Virus record (IMG/VR): IMGVR_UViG_3300038336_000158
Location: 1 to 34,755 of that record
Origin: a virus
Lineage: Duplodnaviria; Caudoviricetes
DNA length: 34,755 nucleotides
Direction: 5' to 3' (one strand)
Shown: piece by piece, positions 16,488 to 27,413 of the stretch
How positions within the stretch are numbered: position 1 is the first letter of the stretch
Layout of the letters: every line of letters begins with the position of its first letter
The notes under the pieces: generated by a model
What the model saw: the letters and a program-made list of their open reading frames with translations, nothing else
Told to the model about the DNA's origin: nothing
Database searches by the model: none
Position numbers and translations under genes: made by a program

Positions 16488-18231
16488 ATATCCAAGGACG
16501 GATCCGGATGTAATATTTGGTAAAGTAAAGCCTAATATCGTAAAAGGAAAAAAGAAATATCCGGACGATTATAATCCAATAAAAGAATACTGGGAGCAAA
16601 TACAAAACGGCACCACCTTAGTATCAAAAAAAGTGTATGAACAGTATGAGCAAATCGCATCATGGATAGACAATGATTACGGCGAATGGTTTTACTCAAA
16701 CAAACGCGCAAACCATGTCATTGAATTTGCGGAAAATTATTGCTGCCACTCAAAAGGTAAAATGGCCGGCAAGAAAATAGAGCTTGAGTTATGGGAAAAA
16801 GCTTATCTTGCATCTGTTTATGGCTTTATTGACATTGAAGGATTCAGAAAGCACCAAAGAGTCGTCCTGATCGTAGGGAAAAAGAACGGAAAGTCTTTAC
16901 TAGACTCAATAATGGCACTATATGGACTAGTTGGGGATAGTGAAGGTGGTCCGGAGTGTTACGCGGTAGCAACCAAGAAAGACCAGGCTAAAATCGTATG
17001 GCTTGAAGCAAAGCGCATGGTAAGGAAGTCACCAACGCTAAGAAAACGCATCAAGACGTTAGTCGGTGAAATATCTAGTGAGTTTAACGATGGCATATTT
17101 AAAGCCTTAGCAAGCGACAGTGACAGCTTAGACGGCTTAAATGTACATGTCGTTGTTATGGATGAATGGCATCAATGGAAAAGCGGCAGAGCTCTATATA
17201 ACATCATGGCCGACGGTACCAGTGCCAGAGATCAACCGCTTATTATAATGACATCAACAGCCGGTACTATCAGAGAAGACATCTTCGATGAAATCTATGA
17301 AGAGGCCGAGATACAACTTAATAATTATAAGTTAAAAAACGAAGTGGACGATAGGACACTTTTTTTTATATATGAACTTGACAAAAAAGACGAATGGAGA
17401 GATGCAAACAACTGGATAAAAGCCAATCCGGGCATTGGAACCATTAAAAAACTCGTTGCCTTGCAAGACAAAGCAAAAAGAGTGGATAACAATCCAAAAC
17501 TTGAAAAAAACTTTGTATGTAAAGAATTTAATATAAGAGAAACAAGCGCGGAATCGTGGCTTGATTTTGCAACACTCAACAACACGGCCACATACGACAT
17601 TAAAGCATTAAAACCACGGTACGGTATGGGCGGCATAGACCTTGGAGCCACAACAGACTTAACATGCGCAACAATAATATTTAACGTGATTGATGATCCT
17701 ATCCTATACGTCAAGCAAATGTATTGGTTGCCAACAGACTTATTTGACCAAAGAGTTAAAGAAGACAAGATACCCTATGATATATGGTTAGATCAAGGGC
17801 ACATAAGGTTAAGCGGAGAAAATAAAGTTGACTATAAGGATGTCACAAAATGGTTTCTAGAAGTGCAACAAGAAGATGACATATACATAACAAAAATAGG
17901 TTATGACAGTTGGTCATCTACATACCTGGTTGATGAACTAAAACAAAACTTTGGAAAAGTAACAACAGAAGCAGTAATACAAGGACCTAAAACATTTTCA
18001 AGCCCATTAAAAAGAGTTGAGTCTGATTTGGCGGCCAAAAAGATAAACTACAACAACAATCCTATTTTCAAATGGTGTCTATCTAACTCGGCAATAAAAA
18101 GAGATACGAATGATAATATCGCATTAATCAAAACAAGTAATCAAAGACGAAGAATAGACGGAACAGCATCCTTTATGGATGCTTTTATTGTGTATGAAAA
18201 TAACTTTGATGAATACATGTCTTTAATTTGA
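16450..18231 (+). CDS. Terminase large subunit (start uncertain)
   Basis: Walker A variant VGKKNGKS, Walker B VVVMDEWH, STAG, GIDLG nuclease motif, RIDG. Confidence 0.95.
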   Translation: MSSKTSLILEPTKYPRTDPDVIFGKVKPNIVKGKKKYPDDYNPIKEYWEQIQNGTTLVSKKVYEQYEQIASWIDNDYGEWFYSNKRANHVIEFAENYCCHSKGKMAGKKIELELWEKAYLASVYGFIDIEGFRKHQRVVLIVGKKNGKSLLDSIMALYGLVGDSEGGPECYAVATKKDQAKIVWLEAKRMVRKSPTLRKRIKTLVGEISSEFNDGIFKALASDSDSLDGLNVHVVVMDEWHQWKSGRALYNIMADGTSARDQPLIIMTSTAGTIREDIFDEIYEEAEIQLNNYKLKNEVDDRTLFFIYELDKKDEWRDANNWIKANPGIGTIKKLVALQDKAKRVDNNPKLEKNFVCKEFNIRETSAESWLDFATLNNTATYDIKALKPRYGMGGIDLGATTDLTCATIIFNVIDDPILYVKQMYWLPTDLFDQRVKEDKIPYDIWLDQGHIRLSGENKVDYKDVTKWFLEVQQEDDIYITKIGYDSWSSTYLVDELKQNFGKVTTEAVIQGPKTFSSPLKRVESDLAAKKINYNNNPIFKWCLSNSAIKRDTNDNIALIKTSNQRRRIDGTASFMDAFIVYENNFDEYMSLI

Positions 18232-18245
18232 GAGGAGGTGAAAAA

Positions 18246-19406
18246 TTGGGAATATTCGACAAATTTAAAAGCAATCTAGTTACAGCAACAACATACAAAA
18301 TGGTCGTTGACCAAGGTAGTGGCTATTATGGGTGGAATGGCAACGTATATCAGAGCGATATCATAAGATCAGCAATAAGGCCTAAAGCGAGAGCGATTGG
18401 AAAAGCAGTTGGAAAACACATTCGGACGACAATAAAAGAAGGTGTGACAGAAACAAAAGTTAATCCGGATGCTTACATTAGATTCTTACTAGAAGAGCCT
18501 AATCCTTATATGACCGGACAGATGCTTCAAGAAAAACTAGCAACGCAATTAGAGCTAAACAACAACGCCTTTGCTTTAATTGTCAGAGATGAAAATGAAT
18601 ATCCAACAGAGATATATCCAATCAACGCTACATCAGCGGAAGCACTTCAAGACAGAAACGGTGCTTTATATCTTAGATTTTCCTTAAGAAGTGGCAAGGT
18701 TTCGACGTTTAAATACACGGATATCATTCATTTGCGCAAAGATTTCAATGAAAATGAAATATTTGGAGACTCGCCAGCAAAAGCACTATTACCACTTATG
18801 GAAATTGTAACAACAACGGATCAAGGGATAGTTAAAGCTATAAAAAACTCAAATGTTATAAGGTGGTTGCTACAGTTCACCCAATCATTAAGACCGGAAG
18901 ACTTGAAAAAACATACCAAGGAGTTCGTTGACAGTTTCTTGAACACTGAAACATCAGAAACAGTAGGCGCAGCGGCAACAGATTCGAAATTTGATGCGAA
19001 ACAAGTAGATCCAAAAGACTACGTGCCAAATGCAACGCAAATGGATAAAACAACCCAAAGAATCTACTCGTTTTTCAACACAAACGAAAAGATCATACAA
19101 GGAAAATATTCGGAAGATGAGTGGATAGCTTATTATGAATCAACAATAGAACCGGATATTATCCAAATCAGCAACGAATATACAAGATTGCTCTTTAGCC
19201 GAAGGGAAAGAGGATTTGGAAACAAAATAATCTTTGAGTCGGCAAACTTAACATTCGCGTCTATGCAAACCAAATTGAACCTAGTTCAATATGTTGACAG
19301 AGGCATCATGAATCCAAACGAAGTAAGAGCAGTACTCAACATGGCACCACGAGAAGACGGAGATGAATACATCAGACGACTTGACACAAGGCCGACAAAT
19401 GAATAG
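18246..19406 (+). CDS. HK97-family portal protein
   Basis: LLEEPNPYMT, DIIHLR, GDSP, MNPNEVR; AGGAGGTG RBS before TTG. Confidence 0.94.
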   Translation: MGIFDKFKSNLVTATTYKMVVDQGSGYYGWNGNVYQSDIIRSAIRPKARAIGKAVGKHIRTTIKEGVTETKVNPDAYIRFLLEEPNPYMTGQMLQEKLATQLELNNNAFALIVRDENEYPTEIYPINATSAEALQDRNGALYLRFSLRSGKVSTFKYTDIIHLRKDFNENEIFGDSPAKALLPLMEIVTTTDQGIVKAIKNSNVIRWLLQFTQSLRPEDLKKHTKEFVDSFLNTETSETVGAAATDSKFDAKQVDPKDYVPNATQMDKTTQRIYSFFNTNEKIIQGKYSEDEWIAYYESTIEPDIIQISNEYTRLLFSRRERGFGNKIIFESANLTFASMQTKLNLVQYVDRGIMNPNEVRAVLNMAPREDGDEYIRRLDTRPTNE

Positions 19407-19416
19407 AGGTGATTAA

Positions 19417-20097
19417 GTGAAGAAGGTAAGTATAAGGGGTCCAATCGTCTCAAGCAACGAACAAAGGATATATGAGTGGTTTGGGATAGAAGCTACAAGT
19501 CCTAAGTCGGTCATGAATGTCATTAATTCGGCGGAAGGTGATGACCTAGAGGTAGAAATCAACAGTGGTGGTGGTTCAGTATTCGCTGGATCAGAAATTT
19601 ACACAGCCCTAAAATCCTACACAGGAAATGTAACAGTCAAAATAATGGGAATAGCCGCAAGCGCCGCCAGTGTAATAGCCATGGCGGGAAAGAAAATCAT
19701 CATGTCGCCAACGTCCCAAATGATGGTGCACAATGTATCAACCATAGCGAGCGGAGATCACAGAGACATGAATCACATGTCAGATGTCTTAAAAGGGGCA
19801 AACGAAACAATAGCAAATGCCTACAGAATCAAAAGCGGTAAAACGCAAGAGGAATTACTTGAGTTAATGGACAATGAAACATGGCTAACACCGGCGAAGG
19901 CGGTTGAAATGGGATTAGCAGATGAAATCATGTTTGAAGAACTTAACCTGGTAGCAGATATTGGCGGCATGTTACCTCAAGCAGTAATTGAAAAAGTAAA
20001 AAACTTAATAACCGAAGATAAGGCGCTAGAAAATAGGGCCTTTTTTGATGCAAAAATAAAACTATTAAAACTAAAAGGAGATCAAAGAGATGAATAA
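19417..20097 (+). CDS. ClpP-like head maturation protease
   Basis: INSGGGSV, GIAASAASVIAMAG, MMVHN, ETWL. Confidence 0.95.
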   Translation: MKKVSIRGPIVSSNEQRIYEWFGIEATSPKSVMNVINSAEGDDLEVEINSGGGSVFAGSEIYTALKSYTGNVTVKIMGIAASAASVIAMAGKKIIMSPTSQMMVHNVSTIASGDHRDMNHMSDVLKGANETIANAYRIKSGKTQEELLELMDNETWLTPAKAVEMGLADEIMFEELNLVADIGGMLPQAVIEKVKNLITEDKALENRAFFDAKIKLLKLKGDQRDE

Positions 20098-21337
20098 AGA
20101 AAAGTATTTGAAAATGAGAAACGCGTTAATGGCAGAAGCTGAGGGATTTCTAGCAGAAGGAAAAACAGATGAAGCCAATGCAAAAATGAAAGAAATCGAG
20201 CAGCTAGACAATGAATTTGAAGCAGCAAAGTTAACCAACGCCAACCTAAATGCGTTAAAAGAAAAAACAAACGTTACCAACATCGAAAACTTATCAGAGC
20301 TAACAGTAAATTTAACACCTGTTGCAAAAATCGATGAGACACAAGTAAATACTGATGACGACATCTACTTGAATGCCTGGGCAAAAACATTGCAAGGTAA
20401 AAAACTAGATGAAAAAGAAACAGAAGTGTTCAACACAGTTAACACAGAATTTCAAAACGCTTACACACATGACACCGGTGACATTGCCACTTTAATACCT
20501 CAAGCCGTAATTGCAGGAATTTGGAAAAGAGCAGAAGAATCATATCCATTACTTGCTGACGTCAAAAAATACAACGTTAAAGGTACCCTAGTCATCAACA
20601 AGCATGAATCCATCGAAGAAGGCGACGCAGCATTTTACGATGAAGAAACCGTTACAGCTGATGAGAAAAATGTATTTGGTCAACTTACTTTATCCGGATG
20701 TGAATTATCAAAAGCAATCACAGTCACTTGGAAATTAAGATCTATGGCAACAGAAGACTTTATCCCTTACATCAAGAATGAATTAGGCGACAGAGTTGGT
20801 GCAGCTGCAGGTACAGCAGTAGCAAGAGGTAAAGGCAAGCCGGGAGAACTTGACACATTTAAAGCAGAGCCACTTGGAGTAGAAACGGCACTACTTGCCG
20901 AAACGTTAACACCTCAAGTAGTTGGCTATGATCCGGTTGCTGGAATCACCTATGGAAACATAACTACAGCAATATCAAAGATTCATTCCTCTTATATTGC
21001 AGGAGCGGCCATCTATGCAAGCAACGCAACCATTTGGGCTAAACTTGCAAATATTTTAGATGAAACAGGTAGACCAATTTTTATTCCTGATGCAACGAGT
21101 GGTGGTATAGGACGTATGTTTGGCATGACAGTTAAACCAGATGCCGGTGTGACACCTGGTTCCGTAGTTATTGGAAATGCGATCAAAGGTTACGTAATGA
21201 ACACCAACGAGCCTATGAGCATAGCGACAGAAGAGCACGTTAAAGCTAGAAAAGTTGATTATGCAGCATACACAATCATTGATGGCGGACCACTTGACAC
21301 GAAAGCATTTGCGTTATTAGAAGAAAACGCTGGTTAG
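20090..21337 (+). CDS. HK97-fold major capsid protein
   Basis: N-terminal coiled-coil delta domain, LIP, GKG...EPLG, DETGRPIF. Confidence 0.92.
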   Translation: MNKEKYLKMRNALMAEAEGFLAEGKTDEANAKMKEIEQLDNEFEAAKLTNANLNALKEKTNVTNIENLSELTVNLTPVAKIDETQVNTDDDIYLNAWAKTLQGKKLDEKETEVFNTVNTEFQNAYTHDTGDIATLIPQAVIAGIWKRAEESYPLLADVKKYNVKGTLVINKHESIEEGDAAFYDEETVTADEKNVFGQLTLSGCELSKAITVTWKLRSMATEDFIPYIKNELGDRVGAAAGTAVARGKGKPGELDTFKAEPLGVETALLAETLTPQVVGYDPVAGITYGNITTAISKIHSSYIAGAAIYASNATIWAKLANILDETGRPIFIPDATSGGIGRMFGMTVKPDAGVTPGSVVIGNAIKGYVMNTNEPMSIATEEHVKARKVDYAAYTIIDGGPLDTKAFALLEENAG

Positions 21338-21346
21338 GAGTAATAC

Positions 21347-21613
21347 ATGAAAGTGCTTAAGAATTTTAGATGCAAAAACACCGGCAAGATAATGATAGCC
21401 GGTGAAGAATTTGAAAGCGCAGACAGTAGAAGGATTGAAAGTTTAGTTAAAAAAGGCTTTGTGGACGCGGATGAACCTATCCCGTCTACAGAGTTAACTA
21501 AAAAAGAAATCATGGCGCTTTTAGACGAACAAGGAACCGAATACAACCCAAAAGCCAAAAAGGATGAACTAATCAAATTGCTTGGTGGTGATAATGATGT
21601 TAGAGGCAGTTAA
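21347..21613 (+). CDS. Small head-associated protein with HeH/LEM-like C-terminus
   Basis: LTKKEIMALLDEQGTEYNPKAKKDELIKLL. Confidence 0.75.
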   Translation: MKVLKNFRCKNTGKIMIAGEEFESADSRRIESLVKKGFVDADEPIPSTELTKKEIMALLDEQGTEYNPKAKKDELIKLLGGDNDVRGS

Positions 21614-21872
21614 ACTAGCCTTAAGAATTAAAAGCAATGCCTACGATCAAGAAATAACAGACCTTATTGGAGCCGCAAAAAGAGACATGTTAATTAGAGG
21701 CGTAGAAGTTATTGATGAGTCAGACGATTTAATTGGCGAAGCTATAAAAATGTATTCCAAAGCTAATTTTGGAAATGACAATCCATACGCTGAAAAATGG
21801 AAAAAAGCATATGAAGACCTTAGAGACAGCTTAGCTTTATCTGGACATTACAATGTGGAGGCGATTGAATGA
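21597..21872 (+). CDS. Head-tail connector (gp6-like)
   Basis: MLEAVKLALRI...DQEITDLI; position. Confidence 0.85.
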   Translation: MLEAVKLALRIKSNAYDQEITDLIGAAKRDMLIRGVEVIDESDDLIGEAIKMYSKANFGNDNPYAEKWKKAYEDLRDSLALSGHYNVEAIE

Positions 21873-22162
21873 ATGACGTAATATCATTAATAACAATAGA
21901 GCCTGAAATTGACAGTATAGGTCAAGAAATTGGATCTATAGAAACACTAAAAGAAGTGTTTGCAAAAGAAAAAGGCATAGCAAGAAGTGAGTATTTCGAA
22001 GCGAGACAAGCGGGTATAGAAAAGATAAAATGCTTTGAAGTAAGAGAAGTGGATTACTCTGATGAACTGTACTTCAAATACTCTGAAAAAAGGTACCATA
22101 TCTATCGTGTATACCCGGTAAGAAATGAGATGATCGAATTATATGGCGAATATAAGAATTGA
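21869..22162 (+). CDS. Head closure / head-tail adaptor protein
   Basis: EVFA...RSEYFEARQAG; position. Confidence 0.8.
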   Translation: MNDVISLITIEPEIDSIGQEIGSIETLKEVFAKEKGIARSEYFEARQAGIEKIKCFEVREVDYSDELYFKYSEKRYHIYRVYPVRNEMIELYGEYKN

Positions 22163-22526
22163 TGACCTTGAAAAAGAAATCAACAAACAATTAAAAGCAT
22201 ATACGGACGACATCAACGACGGACTAGAAAAAGAAGCAAAAAAAACCGCATCAGAAGGCGTTAAAAAGCTTAAGCAAAGCAGCCCCAAAGATAAAGGGGA
22301 TTACGCAAAAAGCTGGGGATATGTAACGCATAAAAACTGGGGAAGTCCAAACACTTACACAGTACGCAACAAAAACCATTACCAATTAGCGCATTTACTA
22401 GAAAAAGGACATGCAAAAGTAAACGGTGGTCGGGTCCCTGGTCAACCACATATTAAAATCGTCGAAGATGAAATCATAAGAAACTTTACAAGCAATATTG
22501 AAAGAATCATAAGAGGTGGGTCATGA
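22143..22526 (+). CDS. HK97 gp10-like tail completion protein
   Basis: SPKDKGDYAKSW...YQLAHLLEKGHAKVNGGRV. Confidence 0.88.
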   Translation: MANIRIDDLEKEINKQLKAYTDDINDGLEKEAKKTASEGVKKLKQSSPKDKGDYAKSWGYVTHKNWGSPNTYTVRNKNHYQLAHLLEKGHAKVNGGRVPGQPHIKIVEDEIIRNFTSNIERIIRGGS

Positions 22527-22834
22527 CATTAGAAGAATTATACATTGTACTATCAGGCATCGGAATACCTGCCAGATACAGCCACTTCGATAACCCAGTC
22601 TCACCACCATATCTAGTGTACATAAACGAAGAAAAAGAAACTTTCAAAGCAGATGATTCAATTTATCTAAAAGAAAAATCTATACGTATTGAATTATATA
22701 CGAAAATCAAGGATGAATCACTTGAAGAAACCATAGAAAACACGCTTGAAAACAATGGTTTAATTTGGGAATTTGATGAAACCTATGATGAAAACCAAAA
22801 ACTATTCATAATCTATTATTATTTTAACATTTAG
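22523..22834 (+). CDS. Tail terminator protein
   Basis: YSHF...PPYLVY...ADD...IELYT. Confidence 0.8.
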   Translation: MTLEELYIVLSGIGIPARYSHFDNPVSPPYLVYINEEKETFKADDSIYLKEKSIRIELYTKIKDESLEETIENTLENNGLIWEFDETYDENQKLFIIYYYFNI

Positions 22835-22845
22835 GAGGAATAAAA

Positions 22846-23412
22846 ATGCCAGAAAATAAAGTGAAGTTTGGATTAAAGAACGTGCACTATGCAGTAGTTA
22901 CAGAAACAGAAGGGGTAATAACTTACGCCACACCTGTAAATATACCAGGCGCAGTCTCTATTAGTTTAAGCGCAGAAGGTGAAGAATCAAGTTTTTACGC
23001 GGATGACATAAAATACTTCAATCAATTTGCCAACAATGGCTATGCTGGAGACTTGGAAATGGCATTAATACCCGACGATTTCAGAGTAGCAGTACTGGGA
23101 GACGTAGTTGATGACAACGGCGTTTTGTTTGAAAACACGAATGGAAAAACAAAGAATTTCGCCTTGTTATTTGAGTTTAACGGAGACGCAAACGCAACAA
23201 GACACATACTTTACAACACAAGTGCTAGCCGTCCAAGCATCTCATCACAAACTAAAGGCGAAAGCCTAGAAGTACAAACGGAATCCTTAACGATGAGTGC
23301 ATCAGCAGCACTAGACACCGGAGATGTAAAAGCGAAAGCAAAAGTAGGCGACTCACCATATGAAACTTGGTATACAACAGTATATAAAAAGACAATAGCG
23401 GCAGGGGTGTAA
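22846..23412 (+). CDS. Major tail protein (phi13 family)
   Basis: NKVKFGLKNVHYA...FYADD...NNGYAGDLEMA...FALLFEF. Confidence 0.93.
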   Translation: MPENKVKFGLKNVHYAVVTETEGVITYATPVNIPGAVSISLSAEGEESSFYADDIKYFNQFANNGYAGDLEMALIPDDFRVAVLGDVVDDNGVLFENTNGKTKNFALLFEFNGDANATRHILYNTSASRPSISSQTKGESLEVQTESLTMSASAALDTGDVKAKAKVGDSPYETWYTTVYKKTIAAGV

Positions 23413-23415
23413 TAC

Positions 23416-23760
23416 ATGGAAAAAATAATCACTATTGATGGTAGAGACATCAAGTTTAAGTCAACTGGCGCAACACTCTTAAGGTACAAGGCACAGTTCA
23501 GACGTGACGCGCTTCAAGACATATTCAAGATTGAAAAAGCCTTTAATAAAGAAACAAACGAAATTGAAATTGATAAGTTTGACCTTGAGGTGTTTTACAA
23601 CCTCATTTGGACACTGGCCAAGACGGCCAACAACGACATTGGCGATCCTATAACGTGGCTTGATACCTTCAGTGAGTTTCCTTTAATGGATATCATCCCT
23701 CAAACCATGGATTTATTAATGGCAACAATCAAACCAACAGTTAACTCTAAAAAAAAATAG
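23416..23760 (+). CDS. Tail assembly chaperone (G-like)
   Basis: Position between the major tail and tape measure genes; ends NSKKK on an A9 tract. Confidence 0.88.
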   Translation: MEKIITIDGRDIKFKSTGATLLRYKAQFRRDALQDIFKIEKAFNKETNEIEIDKFDLEVFYNLIWTLAKTANNDIGDPITWLDTFSEFPLMDIIPQTMDLLMATIKPTVNSKKK

Positions 23761-23966
23761 AAATTGAAGAAGATGCCCCTTTTGAAATGACGACAGAGAA
23801 CCTAATCTATCACTCATTAAAAAGGGGTATTACATTAAGTGACTACGAAATACTCACAACAGGCATGATCATCGGATTAATAACAGAGTATAACAACATA
23901 GAGCTTAATGATGATGAAGAAAAAAAGATGCGCATAGCAAGTCAAGACGACTTTGATAACTTTTAG
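23757..23966 (+). CDS. -1 frameshift extension of the tail chaperone (GT-like)
   Basis: Not in the ORF track; the -1 frame after A9 (23749-23757) is open: IEIEEDAPFEMTTE...ASQDDFDNF. Confidence 0.8.
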   Translation: MEIEEDAPFEMTTENLIYHSLKRGITLSDYEILTTGMIIGLITEYNNIELNDDEEKKMRIASQDDFDNF

Positions 23967-23978
23967 CGAGGTGAGAAA

Positions 23979-26528
23979 ATGGCAGGTAAAATTAAAGGCA
24001 TAACCATTGAGATTGGCGGCAACACCACCAAGCTTCAAAAGGCCTTAAGCGATACAAACAGAAATATAAAAGAAACTCAAACCGAACTAAGGCAAGTCGA
24101 AAGACTACTAAAGTTAGATCCTAAAAACACCGAGCTTCTCGCTCAAAAACAAAAGTTATTAGGCGATGCGGTCGGCGACACAAAAAATAAACTAGACACC
24201 TTAAAAGAGGCTGAAAGACAAGTACAACAACAATTCGAACGTGGAGAAGACGTTGAAGAACAATATCGGGCGATACAGCGCGAAGTAATACAGACCGAAC
24301 AAGACCTAAAAAAACTTGAAAAGCAAGTAGAAGACGTCAACACAAAGTGGCAAAAAGGAGCAAATGCATTAGGTGAGTTTGGTGATAAGTCAGAAGCGGC
24401 TGGAAAAAAACTGTTGCCGGTTACAGCTGCAATAGGTGGAGCTGGAATAGCTGCAACGGTTATGGCATCAAATTTTGACGATGCAATAGCAAAAGTATCA
24501 ACGATAGCAGATGAAACAGAGGTCCCAATTGAGACCTTAAAAAAATCCATAATGGATTTATCAAATCAAACAGGCATATCGGCGGCAGAAATCGCCAACG
24601 ATGTATACGATGCAATATCAGCAGGTCAAAGCACCGGAGATGCGGTTGCCTTTGTTGCTCAATCAAGTAAATTAGCAAAGGCCGGATTTGCAGAATCAGC
24701 ACAATCCCTTGACCTATTAACTACAATTATGAATGCATATGGATTAGAAGCCGATGAAGTCAACAAAGTATCAGATATGCTTATACAAACGCAAAACAAA
24801 GGCAAAGTAACGGTTGGAGAACTTTCGACGGCCATGGGTAAAATCATACCAACGGCAAAAGCAAATGGTGTAGAACTTGACCAAGTGAGTGCAGGATATG
24901 CAATACTAACCTCAAACGGTATCAAAGCGGCCGAAGCAACAACTTACATGAACGGAATGTTCAATGAACTTGGAAAAACAGGAAGTAAAACAGATATAGC
25001 ACTTCGAGAACTATCCGGAAAGAGCTTTAAACAATTGATGGACGAAGGCGCATCAGTAAGCGATGTCCTTGGAATGCTAAGTGAAAACGCAGAGAAGAAC
25101 GGACTATCTTTAGCTGACATGTTCGGAAGCGCAGAAGCGGCAAAAGCGGCCCTTGTGCTACTCGGAGATGATGCAGAGACATTTAATAACTCAGTCAAAG
25201 ACATGAATGATTCTATCGGAGCAACAGACACAGCATTTGAAAAGCTTCAGACTGATGGAGAAAAATCAAGAATAACATTTAATAAAATAAAAAATTCTGT
25301 AATACAGTTAGGAGATGTAGTTCTCCCTATAGTAGGAAAAGTCGCAGAGGTAGTTGGCATGCTGACTGATTATCTATTGAATATGGACGAAAGCACAAGA
25401 ACTGTAGTTGTGGCGGTACTAGCCATGGTTGCAGCACTTGGACCAGCCTTGATAATCATAGGTAAAATAGCTACAGGGATATCATCTATTATGACACTAA
25501 TGGCGCCTCTTGTAGCCGGAGTAACAGGTGCATCAGGAGCGGCAGGAGGTTTAGGAGCAGTACTGACAGCATTAACAGGACCTATCGGATTAGTAGTAGC
25601 AGCCGTCGCAGGACTCATAGCAATAGTGGTCACCATGTGGAACACTAACGAAGAATTTAGAGACAATGTAAAAGAACTTTGGGAACAGATCAAAGAAATA
25701 TTTAATCTAGCTCTTACATTTATAACAGAGTTCATACAAAAAGAGCTTGAAAGGATAAGAGAATTTTGGGATAAGAACAGTGAACAGCTGAAAGCAATAG
25801 TCCAAGCAACATGGGAACTCATAACAGGACTTATTGAAGCGGCCTTATCAATCATAAGTGGAATACTTGATGTATTCATAGGACTCTTTACCGGTGATTG
25901 GGAACGCATGGGTCAAGGTCTAAGTAAGATATGGGAAGGTATTTGGTCAGGTATCGGCGCAATATTAGTTGGAGCCAGAGATATAATACTTAATCTATTA
26001 ACCATATTAGTAACTACATTTAGTGGAGCATGGACGACATTTACAGAGACAATTAAAACAATGTGGTCCGATATGTGGACAGGCTTAGGACTACTTGTTA
26101 GCAATGCCTGGTCAAACTTAACAGAATCCTTTGATGATTTGAAAAAGAACATTGCCGGTTGGTTTGCAGACTTAGCAAAAAGCGCAATCGACTGGGGCAA
26201 AAATCTAATAGCCGGATTTATCGATGGCATCAAGTCAGCCATTGGCGGCATTGGTGATGCGGTAAAAAGTGTAGGGGATTTCTTTAGCGGTGGGTCAAGC
26301 AGCGGAGTTGCAGACTTTAGGCAAGCGGAAGCGGCTCTTTACGCAAACAACAAATCAGCTATTGATAAAATATCAAGAGAAGAAGGCGTAGATCTAAGCG
26401 TTGCTAAAGAAATGTACAAAACACAGATCAATCAAAACATAACCATCAATAGCCCTAAAGCCCTAAGCCCATCAGAAACAGCAAGAGAAAACCAAAAAGC
26501 AAGCCAAAAACTTGCCCTACAATTTTAA
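23979..26528 (+). CDS. Tape measure protein
   Basis: IKGITIEIGG...LLKLDP.N.ELL.QKQ N-terminus, TP901-type core, Trp-periodic repeats. Confidence 0.95.
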   Translation: MAGKIKGITIEIGGNTTKLQKALSDTNRNIKETQTELRQVERLLKLDPKNTELLAQKQKLLGDAVGDTKNKLDTLKEAERQVQQQFERGEDVEEQYRAIQREVIQTEQDLKKLEKQVEDVNTKWQKGANALGEFGDKSEAAGKKLLPVTAAIGGAGIAATVMASNFDDAIAKVSTIADETEVPIETLKKSIMDLSNQTGISAAEIANDVYDAISAGQSTGDAVAFVAQSSKLAKAGFAESAQSLDLLTTIMNAYGLEADEVNKVSDMLIQTQNKGKVTVGELSTAMGKIIPTAKANGVELDQVSAGYAILTSNGIKAAEATTYMNGMFNELGKTGSKTDIALRELSGKSFKQLMDEGASVSDVLGMLSENAEKNGLSLADMFGSAEAAKAALVLLGDDAETFNNSVKDMNDSIGATDTAFEKLQTDGEKSRITFNKIKNSVIQLGDVVLPIVGKVAEVVGMLTDYLLNMDESTRTVVVAVLAMVAALGPALIIIGKIATGISSIMTLMAPLVAGVTGASGAAGGLGAVLTALTGPIGLVVAAVAGLIAIVVTMWNTNEEFRDNVKELWEQIKEIFNLALTFITEFIQKELERIREFWDKNSEQLKAIVQATWELITGLIEAALSIISGILDVFIGLFTGDWERMGQGLSKIWEGIWSGIGAILVGARDIILNLLTILVTTFSGAWTTFTETIKTMWSDMWTGLGLLVSNAWSNLTESFDDLKKNIAGWFADLAKSAIDWGKNLIAGFIDGIKSAIGGIGDAVKSVGDFFSGGSSSGVADFRQAEAALYANNKSAIDKISREEGVDLSVAKEMYKTQINQNITINSPKALSPSETARENQKASQKLALQF

Positions 26529-26539
26529 GAGGTGAAAAA

Positions 26540-27403
26540 GTGGAAGGTAGACATGAAAAAGTAGTATATGAAAATGACAGAGGTCAAAGTCTAGTAATAG
26601 AACACGCCTTTCCCTTCTTTCTTCAAAAAATAGAAGGGGTCGATGGTACAAGTGCATCTATCACAAAAACAAAAGGCATAGGTCAAGATGGTACCACAAT
26701 ATCAAATGTAACCTTAAGAGATAGACCACTAGCAATATTTGGATCCATAAAAGGAGAAACAAAAGAGGAGCTAGCAACCTTAAGAGCCCAACTCCTTGAG
26801 GTATTTAACCCTAAGGTAAGAGGTTGGATTCAATATGAATACGGTGACATTGTACGCCAAATCAGATGCCAAATAGAAGAAGCGCCGGTATTTAGTAAAA
26901 AGTTAAGAAGCTTCAAGTATCAAGACTTCGTCATTAACCTTATAGCACCTATTCCATACTGGATTGGCAAAACAGATGATGCAGAAATGGCAGCATGGAT
27001 TGGTGGACTAAGTTTTCCTTTGAGCTTCCCAATGAGCTTTTCAGTTCGGGGCAAGCAGATATCCGTAACCAATGACGGTAACGTAGATACGCCAGTAGTT
27101 ATTGATTTTTACGGACCTGCTACAAACCCAAAAATAATCAACTTGACCACGGATCAATTTGTTAGAGTCAAAAGAGAATTACTAGAAGGCGAAAAGCTAA
27201 CTATAAGTACAGAATATGGCCGTAAAAAAGTAGACTTAATTGACTCTGAGGGCGTAGCTACAAATGCCATGCATTATATTGATTTGGCCAGTGAGTTTTG
27301 GAGCTTGGAACCTGGAAAAAACTCATTACTATACGAAGCAGACGCAGGCGAGGAACAAGCTAAAGTAAAAGTCAAATGGAAAAACAGATATGTAGGAATA
27401 TAG
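26540..27403 (+). CDS. Distal tail protein (Dit)
   Basis: Follows the tape measure gene; GQDG, NDGNVDTP, FWSLEPGKN. Confidence 0.88.
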   Translation: MEGRHEKVVYENDRGQSLVIEHAFPFFLQKIEGVDGTSASITKTKGIGQDGTTISNVTLRDRPLAIFGSIKGETKEELATLRAQLLEVFNPKVRGWIQYEYGDIVRQIRCQIEEAPVFSKKLRSFKYQDFVINLIAPIPYWIGKTDDAEMAAWIGGLSFPLSFPMSFSVRGKQISVTNDGNVDTPVVIDFYGPATNPKIINLTTDQFVRVKRELLEGEKLTISTEYGRKKVDLIDSEGVATNAMHYIDLASEFWSLEPGKNSLLYEADAGEEQAKVKVKWKNRYVGI

Positions 27404-27413
27404 GAGGCGCATT

